64,000 nt of DNA. Origin: the human T2T-CHM13v2.0 reference genome, Homo sapiens. The translations under genes and the position numbers were made by a program. The stretch is taken from NCBI RefSeq assembly GCF_009914755.1, contig NC_060946.1; one strand, given 5' to 3'. Positions within the stretch are counted from its first letter, which is position 1. Each line of letters opens with the position of its first letter. The notes under the pieces were generated by a model that was given only the letters and a program-made list of their open reading frames with translations, had not been told where the DNA came from and ran no database searches. This document shows, one piece after another, positions 14,858-28,600 of this stretch.

Positions 14858-15121
14858 GGTGCGGTGGTGCAATCATAGCTCATCACAGCCCCAAACTCCT
14901 AGGTTCATATGGTCCTCTCATCTCAGCCTCCTGATAGCTATGACCACAGGTGTGCACTACTATGCCCAGCTAGTTTATTTTATATTTTGTTTTCATTTCA
15001 TTTGTAAAGACTGGGTCTTGCTATGTTGCCCAGGCAGGTCACGAACTCCTATCTTCAAGCAGTCCTCTAACCTAGGCCTCCCTAAGTACTGAGATTATAG
15101 GCATGAGCCATTGCATCTGGC
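14858..15121 (-). mobile_element. AluJ
   Basis: Antisense diverged Alu (gtggtgcaatcatagctca ... ggcatgagccattgcatctggc). Confidence 0.85.
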
Positions 15122-18100
15122 TCAAAAGTATTTCTGTCTTAGTGGCTTTAGCAAAGAAGTGCCATTTTGGGGACATATACAATGGTGTGCTGTTTGGGAG
15201 TGATACAAAAATAATTATAAGAATGGAATGAATATGTCAGTATGTTTTCAAAAGCAAGTTATCCCAAGTTTTTAAACAAGCATAATTTTAGAGTTTTTGT
15301 AACTAACTTAGGGTTTAAATGTAGCAAAAATTTTAAACATTATCATGAATACACATACAATTTTAATCAATTTGGTTTCGACGATGAATTTACATGCTTA
15401 AATTCCTAATTTCAAGTTGCTGCTAGATATAAGAAAGTTTGAAATTTTGAAGAAGGAAGTGGTGCTTACAAATGTAGCAAACTTAAATTTTGAGGACAAT
15501 TTCATTTAACTTCCATTTTTATGACCAGATTTTGGGTCAGCTATTAAGCATTCAAAAAATAAAATCTGATATTATCTGGCAATTCCAATTTTCAGTTTTA
15601 TTGATCTTCACCATGAAATAATATTTAAGTTAAGGGGCAAAATTTTGGAAAAGCATATCACTTTGTTGTCCTATTTAGCAGGTTCTCAAATTCTGCCATC
15701 TTGGAATCATTGCAAGTAATTATACCAAGACAATATCTTGTATTTTGTATTTCATTGTTACACGTCCAATTTTTCTCTAGAGATATCAGAGAAAACCTAC
15801 TCAAGAAGGAAAGGTTAGATAAACAGCCCTCTCTCTCTCTGTCTTTGCCTCCATTTGGTTCCTTCCAATTGTTTCCCAGTGCATTTCAAAGTTACTTTTA
15901 TTGTTCTCTTCATTTTCTCTTTCATTCCAGAAATTTAAGTGATTATGTAATTCTTTTGACAGCTGAAGGTGGTATCCGACTTTGAATTAAAGGTTTACAG
16001 CTACAGCTTTTCAATTAGAAAATCTCAGATCATGTGATCTATGAGTTTTAATATCTTAGGATCACTACCAGTAAGGAATAATCACTTTGAAAAACCTTAA
16101 TGCTACCTAGAGTTTGTGATTTGTGAGGTTGCTTGGTAAATTATTTTTATTTGATAATTGAATATGGCTTCAAGAGAGGTGAGCTCAGATATTTGGCAAT
16201 GAATATTGAATGTGTATTCCAAGAGACATGACCTTAAAATATCATCAAGCTAAGTAGCAGTGAAATTGAACTCTGCTGTATTACAGAAGTCAGTGTTTCT
16301 TACATCTTTATGATATATAAATATTTTTACATTGTGGTAGATAATAATTTGTATGGAAAAATTTAATTGAATTTAATTTATCCTATGGCAGAATTATGTT
16401 ACATGGGTCATTTTAGTTTTGGATTTAAGCATCTTAAAATTATAAATGCAAATATTCAACACATAAAACCCACATGAATACACATTCCCAAACATTTGAA
16501 ATCCTAACAGTCATTTCTAACAGCTTTTTCCTACAAAAGAAGTCAGCTATTCTTAGAGATTACATGCATTCCCATAGCTTGAGATGTTCACACTATAAGG
16601 TAAACAGAGAAAGTATTACAGCAATTTAAGAATACCAGTGGATTTACTTTAAAGACAATATACTTTTGAATTACTTGTCTTCAAAATTTAGTTTCTTGAG
16701 AAAATTATCTGTGTAGATTACTCATGCATTTCAGATACTTTCCAGACATCTGAATGTTGTTTTCTTAAAAGTAGTCAGCAAGCCTTTTTATGCAGTCTGC
16801 ATGGGAGATAGTAAGAGATGTGTATGCTGTGTATCTACTAGTAGAGATTTGTTTTTGAGTGCTTCCTTAAAAAATTATTTTTTCTGAAGAAGGGGATTTC
16901 TTTTTTATAATTTAGATTAGATGATTTTAAATGTTTTTATGTTTTAACCTCTCTTTCTGATCATCAGGGTCATTGCCATGGAAACAATGCAAGTTATAGC
17001 ATATTTCATTTTTATAAGGAAAGAAGTTGATAATTTAAACTTTTTTCTTTTACTAAATTGAATTACATCACTCAATATTTGGATGGCATTAATTCACAAT
17101 AGTAACAAAAAGTATCTTACTATTCAACATAATAAAGTATGATTTCTTTCACATTTGTTTAACTTAATTTGTCCTTTAAGATACATCTCCTAATGAAGGT
17201 TTTCTCATCCTCTGAAGCTGAATTTATTTAGGAAAAAGTATTTTAAATACCATCCCAAGTGATATAACTGTTTTTATTGAGCTTTGATGTTCTATTTGAA
17301 CATATTTGAAGACTACAAGCACTCAATTTAGAATTAAGATTTCATTTGGAGATTTTGGTTGTATTTGAAATCTGTTGTGGAATTCAACATGAAAATAGGT
17401 AAATTTAGTAGATGTCGTTGTCTATGACTCATTTTAGTCATATCTCTCTGTCTATATGTAAAGAGGAATAGAAATAATTGGCATAAACAGGAAAAAAGAA
17501 GTATATCTACCTCAGCCTAAAGACAAGCTCTAGAATCACTTGTGTTACTTATTACATTTCTTTTAAAAAACTCATGAATTACACATGAATTTCAAAGTTG
17601 CCAACTGAGATTCCAAGGACTTAAAAAAAAAAACCTGGCATCTTTGTATTATAAAGGCTGTACACAGTGTTCATAGTGTTTGTCTTTAAGGGACATGCCT
17701 CATCCATTAGCAACTTTTCTTCCTTAAATCAGCATATCTTGCTTAAAAATGTTTTCTCAAAAGTTAGGAAGCACTAAGATTTACAGATTGTTCTATCACA
17801 TCTTAATCTACTTATCAACTTTAGCATTATCAAAGCATGAACTGTTTTGGGTTTTCATAGTTAATTATGTTTGTCATAATAATTGGGATGCAATTGTTTT
17901 TCTTACGATTATTTTGTACTTGCTTTTCTTATGGTAACTTCTGATGCTTGTTTGTAAGATCTTCCTCTCTTTTCTCCATCTGGTTATCTTCTTACTTTCT
18001 GTCCTTTAACTCAGATATCACCCACACTGTGTGTCTTTCTGAATTGCTTCTTATTTAACTGTTGCTTCTAATAGTTTACATACCTCCTCCTATACCACAA

Positions 18101-18189
18101 TATTGATATTTCTCAAACTGCACTATAATGCTGGTTTGTGTCTTTACTTATTTATAAGCTCCTTGATAATTTGTTTTATATATTTGTAT

Positions 18190-20430
18190 ATTCAAAAAAT
18201 ACTTATGAAGTGTTTACTTTGGGTCAGGAATTATTGAGTGAAGGAAATTGACCAAAACTCTGCCATCATGAAGCTCGCATTCTAACTTAGGGAGACAGAT
18301 AACAGACAATGAGCCACATAAATATGTGAAGTATTGTAAGTTAGATGGTGAAACGTAATCCTGGATGGGGATCAGATAATTTTGATAGGGTAATTTTTAA
18401 CTGGAGAGTCAAGAAATGCCACACAGAGAAGATGGCAATTGGAAGAACAAGGTAGTGAGAACTGCTGAGTCTGGAGCAAAACACACAATTTGGAGTAGTA
18501 GAAGATTCCAGAAGTAACAGAATAGAGGTGAAGAAGTGGGAATTGTGTGGAGTCTTACTTGCTGTTGTAAGGACCTTGGCTATGGTTTGAAGTGAGGTGG
18601 AAAGTTGGTAGGGACCTTAGTTTTCTTTCTAATAAATTATGAATTTTGAATGGTCACTATTAAAGACTCAATAATTTTGCTTTATTACTCTTACAATTGA
18701 CTACAAAATAGTGTATTGAAGAAATGTTAAATTCTAACTTAAACTGATTGAAATAGGTTATCTTTTTATATTTCTCATTACTGAATATCTCATTTTTAAT
18801 TAATTTGAAAGCATTCTAGAATAGTGAGCCAATGCAATTTAGCATAATGCATAACTTATTATTCATCAGATTTAGGTATTTAACTGAAGATGCTAATTAG
18901 AAAAGTAACTTGTTCTGTCGGATGATTTTGATAAAGCTACTTTCAAATGATTATCGCATCCATTGATTTCATATTAAGTTGTGTTTCTGGAACCCAAATT
19001 TAGGCAGTGCTAATGAGTTAACATCTCTAAGTGGATACCTTTTATCTCTACAGTCAAGGATACTTGAAAGTGGAAAAACATATTGGCTTCAAGTCTTGGG
19101 AACTAGGACTTACCAGAAATGTTTTGGTTTGTTTTGTTTCATGGCGGAATTGTCTTCTTGGAAAGATGGTGTTTCCTTCTACCAGGAAAAAATTGATCCT
19201 ATGCTGCTTTACTTTAATGATTTGCTTTTGTCAAAATAGTGTTTTCTTAGGAAAATTAACCTATCACAATATAATGAAAAGAGAAATGCTGAAGACACAA
19301 AATGATGCACATGTTAATATTGAGTAGGAAGCATCAAGGGACATGAGAAGAGAGGGAAGCAAAGAGAGGGAGAAGAGAAATATATAGTACAACACAAATT
19401 AGTAAAAAGGATTAGGATATACATGTAGTCAATAAATGGCTATTTATAGAAAGACTACCAGGCACTAGGGGATATAGCAGTGAAGAAGGCAAAGACACAA
19501 TTGGCTATGCTGTAGTGAGGAGGGAAAGAGGATGAAGACATACAAATACCTAAACAAAGCAATGGTGTGAAGGGCTATAAGGTACACTACTATGAAGACG
19601 ATTACATGTGATAACATGGTTGAGTAAAACTGGCAAGTAGGAAGGCACTGATCAGGCTATAGGTATTTCAGAGAATTTTTCTCTCTGAGGAGGTAATATT
19701 TCATTTGAGAGTTGAGTGGAGACAAATAGGAAGGTACTTTGAAGATCTGGGGTGCTCTGAGTGGAAAGAAGGGCAGATATAAAATTCTGTAATTTAAAAA
19801 GATACCTTGATAGTTTCTTACAAAGAAAAGAAGGTCGGTTTGGCTGGAATGTCCATGAAGGAAGAGCATGGAGAGATATTACATGAGTGCCCTCAGGGAC
19901 CAAATTTAGATCTTATATCAAAGTGTGAATATAAATTAACTACATTGAAAAGTGTATGATGGATATGTGATATGATGAGGTTAGCTCTTAGGAGGGTGTA
20001 CTATTGTGGAAGGGTACAGTAGTGAAGGAAGGGGCTCATTTAGCACCTGTCCAGTTGAAGGATGATGGTGGTTGGGATTATGATTGTAGCAATAAAGTTG
20101 GAGAAAATCAGTTGAGATTGGAAGTTGATTTGAAGATGATTGAATTTACTGAGCAAGAATTATATCAAGGTATTTGGATTTAGGGACATGGGGGATTATG
20201 GTCACTTTTAGCGATATGGCAACATCTTGATGACATGAGGCAGTTTGCAAGTGACAGAGGTGTGGGTAGGTGCATATGTGTGATTGATTTTACATTTTTT
20301 TAATCTTAAATTAAGACGCTAGTTAGAATCCAAGTGGAGACATCAAGTAGGCACTGACAAGTTGACTTGGCTAGAGATGTGAGTTAGATAATCGTACCCT
20401 ATAGATCATGCCTAAAGTCATAAATCTAGG
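18190..20430 (-). mobile_element. Scattered L2 fragments (~18.2-18.6 kb and ~19.4-20.4 kb)
   Basis: Antisense L2 3'-end motifs such as ccaggcactaggggatatagcagtgaa and ttaagacgctagttagaatccaagtggagacatcaagtaggca. Confidence 0.65.
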
Positions 20431-20431
20431 T

Positions 20432-20650
20432 GAGGGGTTGGCAAAATATTATAGCCCATGAGCCAGATCTGGTCTGCTGCCTGTTTTTGTGTAGCTCATG
20501 AGTTATAAGTACGTGTATCATTTATAAGTCTAAAATGTAAAATATAGGGAAATTTTTCAGCAGGGAAAGTTCCATAAATTTGCCTCTTGGCAACACAAAG
20601 CCTGCATTATTTACTGTCTGGCTCTTTGTCAAAAATGTTGCTGACTCCTG
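20432..20650 (+). mobile_element. MER58A-like hAT MITE
   Basis: Termini aggggttggcaaa ... gttgctgactcctg, with an 8-bp TSD atctaggt (20424-20431) / atctagat (20651-20658). Confidence 0.85.
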
Positions 20651-22660
20651 ATCTAGATGAAACCCTGTGGGGAGAGACTGTTGATAGAAAAGAGAGAAGC
20701 ATCATAGTAGAAATTAAAATTATGTCAACTGAAGTGTATAGGGTAGAGAATTTAAGCCTGAGTATAACAGTAAGAGATTAAAATAACAATAAATTCATTA
20801 TCAGCATGATCAATAAAACCTTTGGGGGCAAAAAGGAACTATCTTCATCAGACTTTCACTCACTCATACAAACATCTTAGGCAGGAAATATAACTTGTTT
20901 GAAGATCTGAGATAAGGCTAATGTAGTTTGGACAAAGAAAGCCAATGGGAGGATGACATTGCATCTGGCCAAAGATTTAGGGAAGAGCCAAATACTTCAG
21001 GCTTTTTAAAGTGATCTTTAGATAAAGAGGAAGTCATTAAGGCATTCCAAAGTAGGAACATCAAATCACATCTGATGGGAAAAATCTGGCCATATGTGCG
21101 TCTAGGATGTAAGGAAGCCAACACGGATGTGAAGTTCAAATTGTCCATTGCAAATAATAAAATGAAGGCCCTGGGTAGCCTTGGCAAGGGCAGATTTGGT
21201 ACAAAATCCTTATTGGAATGGACTTAAGCATTAACGGGAATAAGGATCTAGCTGTTGTGTTTGGTGGAATTTTATCAGTCTTTTTGTTGTGTATGATATA
21301 TAGATGGTCAAAATAAAGAACTTCTACATTTTTGGATTTTGTTTTATTTTAATTGAGAGTTGAATTAAAAATAAGAAACTTTTATTTTCAAAATTGGAGA
21401 CTGTGTTTAAAAAGTATAGAGTAGGGCTAGAAAAAAACATAAAACTCTCCTGGTGAGGAGAATGCTAATCATTACTCTAATAATAATAAAATACTTCTCT
21501 CATAACTTAATTTTTTTACTGCTTCATTATTTGTGTATGTATGGGAAGTTGTACCCTAGCCACATGCCAATTCACCTGGTGAACTTGCTCTTCAAAGTGG
21601 CCCAAATATTTCCTTCTATCTTTAGCCTTCCGTGGTTTCTCACATGGACTATTGGCTCTTCCTACTTGAGCCTTCTGGTAGTACCCTGTAAGAGACATGC
21701 TACTCCATGACAACAGGCACCACGCTGTAGGGGAATTGCCATACCTGTCAATCACTATCTCTAGAATGTGGCCTTTCATGAGCCTTGAGATTTCATACTG
21801 TTTCTCTGAGCTGTAACAACATTTATATTGAAAAAATAAACATGTTCTTCTATCTTTAATATTTTATATCTTATAATTTGAATATCTCATTTTCATTATA
21901 CTACTTAGCTGCTAAGTTATGTTATAAAAACAAGTTTTAATTATCTGCAAACACCTTCAAATCTAGTCCTTACCAGTGAAGACTGATGTCTGGTTAGCAT
22001 CTGTTAGGACATTTATTTCCATACAGTATTTATAGCGCACTTTTGTTATTGAAATGATTACTGTTTAGTTGGAAACAATGCACCCTGAGGACTGGAATGA
22101 TAAATGTGTAACTCTTACACAAAGATAATATTTTTAGATTTTTGTATTTAAAATACTGGTTATCAAAAGAAAAAGCCAGATGTTATTTATGTTTCTGCCT
22201 GAGGTACTGAATCTATTTCAAGTCATATTTCTCAGTATTGATATACTTAATTTTGCTGAAATAATAACACACTGTCTTTAGCTACTTTTTTTCTCAGTAT
22301 GTCTCCTTGTCGCTCACCATTTCTGCCTCATCTCACTTCTCATCTTTATTTCTTTTTCTTTGGTCTACTTTTACTTTAGGGATTCTTTCAATTTAGAAGT
22401 TTTCTTGTTTTCTAATAATTACTATTATTCTTGGATATACACAGATATCGTTTTCCATTTCATTTGTGAATCTATCTCAGAGGCATTTTGTGTGTGCCTT
22501 TTACTCATAGCTTCTCAGAAGTCCCTTTTGAGGTTACTGATTTAACATGTCATGTACTATAAGGTTTGCATGGCATGGTGGCAGCTGACCTTCGCCTTTA
22601 CATGGATTGAAATGTTCACTCAACATGGACTGCTAAGATTATTTTTTTCCTTAAATATTT

Positions 22661-25600
22661 GAATCCATTCAATGCCATTCCATTCCATACGAGTCCATTC
22701 CATTCCAATCCATGCTATTCCATTTGAGTCCATTCCATTCCATTCGATTCAAGTCCATTCCATTCAATCCCATTAAATTCTATTCCATTCCATTCCATTC
22801 CATTTGAACCCAATGAATTCTACTGCATTCAATTGAAGTCCATTCCATTCCATTCAGGTGCATTCCCTTCATGTCAATTCCATTCCATTCCATTCGAGTC
22901 CATTCCATTCTATTCCATTCCATTAGAGTCCATTCAATTCCATTCCATCCCATTAGAGTCCATTCCATTCCATTCTATTCCACTCGAGTCGTTTTCGTTC
23001 CTTTCAATTACCTTCGAGACCATTCCATTCCATTGGAGTCCATTCCATTCCCTTCCATTCGATTCCATTCCATTCCATTCCATTCCATTCCTTTCGAGTC
23101 CATTCAGTTCCATTCCATACCATTTGAGTCCATTCCATTCCATTACATTCCATTGCATTAAATTCGAGTCCATTCCATTCCATTCCATTCCATTTCATTC
23201 GAGTCCCTTTCATTCCTTTCCATTCAATTCGAGTCCATTCCTTACCATTACATTCAGTTCGACTTGAGTCCATTCCATTCCATTCCATTCGAATCCATTC
23301 CACTCTATTCCATTCAAGTCAATTCCATTCCATTCCATTCCACTCGAGTCCTTTCCATTCCATTCGAGTCCATTCCATTCCACTCCATTACTTTTTTCCA
23401 TTCCTTTCCTCCATTCCTTTCCATTACAGTCCATTCCTTTGAATTCCATTCCATTCCATTCGTGTCCATTCCATTAGAGTCCATTCCATTTCATGCAATT
23501 ACATTCGTGTCCATTCCATTCCATTCCACTTGAGTCCATTCCATTCCATTCCATTCGAATCCATTCTATTCCATGCCATTCCATTCTATTCCATTTGGGT
23601 CCTTTACAATCCATTCCACTCGAGTCCATTACATACCATTCCATCCAATTCGAGTCCATTCCATTCCATTCCATTCCATTCGAGTCCATTCCATTCCATT
23701 TCACTCGTGTCCATTCCATTCCATTCGAGTCCATTCCATTCCATTCTATTCCATTCAAGTGCATTCCATTCCATTCCAGTCCATTCCATTCCACTCCATT
23801 ACATTCCATTCCTGTCCATTCCATTCCATTCCATTCCATTCGAGCCCATTCCTTTCCATTATATTCCATTCGAATCTAATCCATTCCGTTCCCTTTATTC
23901 CATTCCATTCCATTCCATTCCATTCCATTCCATTCTATTCAAGTGCATTCCATTCCATTCCATTTCATTCCATTCCAATCCATTCCATTTCACTCCATTC
24001 CATTCCGTTCGTGTCCGTTCCATTCCCTTCCATTCGAGCCCATTCCTTTCCATTATATTCCATTCGAGTCTATTCCATTCCATTCCATTCGATACCATTC
24101 CAATCCATTACATTCCATTCGAGTCCATTCCATTGTATTCAAGTCCTTTCCATTCTGTTTCATTCGAGTCCATTCCATTCCACTCCATTCCATTCCACTT
24201 CATTCCATTCCATTCGTGTCCATTCAATTCCATTCCTTTCGAGTACATTCCATTCCATTCCATTCGTGTCCATTCAATTCCATTCCTTTCGAGTACATTC
24301 CATTCCATTCCTTTCTATTCCATTCCAGTCTATTCAATTCCATTCCACTTGAGTCCATTCTGTTCCATTCCATTCGAGTCCATTCCAATCCATTCATTAC
24401 ATTCGAGTCCATTCCATTGCATTCGAGTCCTTTCCATTCCATTTCATTCGTGTCCATTCCATTCCATTCCATTTCATTCGAGTCCCTTTCACTCCATTCC
24501 ATTCCATTCCATTCGAGTCCATTCCTTACCATTACATTCTGTTCGACTCGAGTCCATTCCATTCCATTCCATTCCATTCAAATCCATTCCACTCCATTCC
24601 ATTCGAGTCCATTCCATTCCATTCCATTCCATTCCATTCTAGTCCATTCCATTCCATTCCATTCCATTCCATTCCATTCCATTCCGTTCCATTCCATTCC
24701 ACTCCATTCCATTCCATTCGTGTCCATTCCATTCCATTCCATTCGAGCCCATTCCTTTCCATTATATTCCATTCGAGTGTATTCCATTTCATTCCTCTTT
24801 AGTCCATTCCATTCCATTCCATTCGACTCCATTCCAATCCATTACATTCCATTCGAGTCCATTCCATTTCATTCAAGTCCTTTCCATTCCATTTCATTCG
24901 AGTCCATTCCATTCCACTCCTTTCTATTCAATCCAAGTCCATTCCTTTCCATTCCACTCCAATCCATTCCATTCCATTCCATTCCACTTCCTTCCATTCC
25001 ATTCGTGTCCATTCAATTCCATTCCATTCGAGTACATTTCATTCCATTCCATTCTATTCCATTCGAGTCCATTCTATTCCTTTCCACTTGAGTCCATTCC
25101 GTTCCATTCCATTTGAGTCCATTCCATTCCATTCCATTCCATTCCATTCCATTCCATTCGAATCCATTCCATTGCATTCGAGTCCTTTCCATTCCATTTC
25201 ATTTGAGTCCATTCTATTCCATTCCATTCTATTCCATTCAAGTCCATTCTGTTCCATTCCACTCCATTCCATTCCCTTCTATTCCAGTCCATTCCATTCC
25301 ATCCCATTCCATTCCATACGTTTCATGTCCATTCCATTCCATTCCATTAGCGTCCATTCCATTCCATTCTATTCCAATCGAGTCAATTCCATTCTATTCC
25401 ATTTGAGTCCATTCCATTGCTTTCCATTCAATTACATTCGATGCCATTCCATTCCATTCCATTCCATTCCATTCCATTCCATTCTATTCCATTCCAGTCC
25501 ATATCACTCCACTCCATTCCATTCCATTCCATTCCTTTCGAGTCTATTCAATTCAATTGCTTTCCATTGGAGTCCATTCCATTCCATTCCATTCTTTTCA

Positions 25601-28600
25601 GTTCCATTCTATTTCATTTGTGTCCATTCCATTGCATTCCATTCCATTCGAGGCCATTTCATTCCATTATGTTCTGTTCCATTCTGTTCCATTCCGTTCC
25701 ATTCCATTCCTCTCCATTCCATTCCATTCCATTCCATTCCTCTCCATTCCATTCCATTCCATTCCATTCCTCTCCATTCCATTCCATTCCATTCCATTCC
25801 ATTCCATTCCATTCTTGTCCATTCCATTCCACTTCATTCCATTCGACTCCATTCCATTCTTTTCCATTCGGGTCCATTCCACTCCATTCCATTCGAGTCC
25901 ATTGCATTCTATTTCATTCCATTCGAGTCCATTCCTTTCTATTCCATTCGAGTCAATTCCATTCCATTCCATTCCTGTGAACTCCATTCCATTCCATTCC
26001 ATTTCACTCGAGAGGATTCCTTTCAATTCCATTCCATTGCAGTCCCTTCCATTTCATTCGAGTCCATTCCATTCCATTCCATTCCATTGGAGTCCATTCC
26101 ATTCCATGCCAATCCATACCTTTTGGGTCCATTCCATTCCATTCCATTCCATTCGAGTCCTTTAAATTACATTCCATTCCACTCGATTCCATTACACTCC
26201 ATTCAATTCGAGTCCATTCAATTGCACTCCATTAGATTCTAGTGAATTCCTTTCTATTCCATTTGAATCCGTTCCATTCCATTTGAGACCATACCATTCC
26301 ATTCCATTCCACTGGAGTCCATTTCATTCCATTCGAGTCCATTCTATTCCATTCCATTCCATTTAAGTCCATTCCATTCCATTCCATTTGACACCATCCT
26401 ATCCGAACCCATTCCATTCGAGTCCATTCCATGTCATTCAATTCGAAATCATTCCATTCCATTCCATTCCATTCCATTCGAGTCCATTCCATTTCATATC
26501 ACTCGTGTCCATTCCATTACACTTAATTCCATTCCGGTCCATTCTATTCAATTCCATTCGAGTCAATTCCATTCCATTCCATTTGAGTCCATTAAATTGC
26601 ATTCCATTCCATTCGAGTCCATGCCATTCCATTCCATTCCATTCGAGTCCATTCACTCCCATTCCATTACATTCTATTCCATTCCATTCCATTTCATTCC
26701 ACTCAAGTCTTTTAGATTCCATTCCATTCCTTTCGAATACATTCCATTCCATTCGAGTCCTTTAAATTCCTTTCCATTCGATTCCATTCGATTACTTTCC
26801 ATTCTATTCCATCAGAGTCCATTCCACTAAATTCCAATCTATTCCATTCGAGTCCATTCCTTTCCATTCCATTCAATTCGTGGTTTTTCCATTCCATTGG
26901 AGTCCATTCCATTCCATTCTTTTTAAATTCATTCCATTCCATCCCTTTCTATTCCATTCAAGTCCATCCCAATCCATACCATACCATCCCATTGCATTCC
27001 ATTCCATTCCATTCCATTCCATTCCATTCCATTCCATTCCATTCGTGTCCTTTTCATTCCATTCCATTCGAGTCTGTTGCATTCCAGTCGATTCCAGTCC
27101 ATTTAATTCCTTTCCATTACATTCGAGTCCATTCCACTCCATTGCATTCGACTCCATTCCATTCCATTCCATTCTATTCGACTCCATTCCTTTCTATTCC
27201 ATTCAAGTCAATTCCATTCCATTCGAGTGCATTCCATTCCATTCTATTCCATTCCACTCGAGTCGTTTCTATTCCATTCCATTCCATTCCATTCCATTGC
27301 ATTTCAGTCCTTTACATTCCATTTAATTTGAGTCCTTTCCTTTCCATTCCATTCTATTCCATTCAAGTCCATTCCGTTCCATTCCACTCCATTCCATTCC
27401 CTTCCATTCCATTCCATACCTTTCATGTCCATTCCATTCCATTCGAGTTCATTCCATTCCATTCTATTCCATTCGAGTCCATTCCATTCCATTGCATTAG
27501 AGTCCATACCATTAGATTCCAATCCAGTAAATTCCACTCTATTCCATTCGAGTCCATTCCATTGCATTCCATTCCATTCCATTTGAGTACATTCCATTGC
27601 GTTTGAGTCCATTCCATTCCATTCCAATCCATTCCATTCTATTCCATTCCATTTTATTCCTTTCCATTCCATTCCATTCCATTCGAGTCCATTCCATTTT
27701 ATTCCTTTCCATTCCATTCCATTCCATTCGAGTCCATTCCATTCCATTCGAGTCCATTCCATACCATTACATTCCGTTTGACTCAAATCCATTGAATTCC
27801 ATTCCATTCCATTCGAATCCATTCCACTACATTCCATTTGAGTCCATTCTATTGCATTCCATTCCACTAGAGTCCATTCCATTCCATTCGAGTCCTTTCT
27901 ATTCCATATCATTCGAGTCCATTCCATTCCTTTCCATTCTATTCCATTCAAGTCCATTCCATTCCATTCTATCCCATTCCATTCCATTACAGTCCATTCT
28001 ATTCCATTCCATTCCATTCCTGTCCATTCCATTCCATTCCATTCGAGTCCATTCCGTTCCATTCTATTGCTTTCGAGTCCATTCCATTCCGCTTGAGTCC
28101 ATTGCATTCTATTCCTTTTGAGTTATTCCGTTCCATTCCATTCGACTCCATACATTTCCATTTCATTCGATTCCATTCCCTTCCATTCCATTCCATTCCA
28201 TTCCATTCCATTCCATTCCATTCTATTGCATTCAACTCCATTCCATTCGAGTCCATTCCATTCCATTCGAATCCATTCCATTCCATTCACTTCCATTTGA
28301 GTCCATTCCATTCCATTTCATTAGAGTCAATTCCGTTAGATTCCAATCCAGTAAATTCCATTCTATTCCATTCGAGTCCATTCCATTCCATTCCATTTGC
28401 ATCCACTCCATTCCATTCCATTCTATTCCAATCCATTCTGTTCCATTCTATTCCCTTCCATTCCATTCCATTCCATTCGTGTCCATTCCATTCCCTTCTA
28501 TTAGAGTCCATTCCATTCCATTCGAGTTTATTTCATTCCATTGCATGCCATTCCAGTCCATTCCACTGCATTCCATTTCATTCGAGTCCATTCCATTCCA

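Noticed and set aside
16972-16985. X-box-like attgccatggaaac
   Set aside because: A single motif in AT-rich intronic DNA with no promoter context, so it cannot be supported as regulatory.
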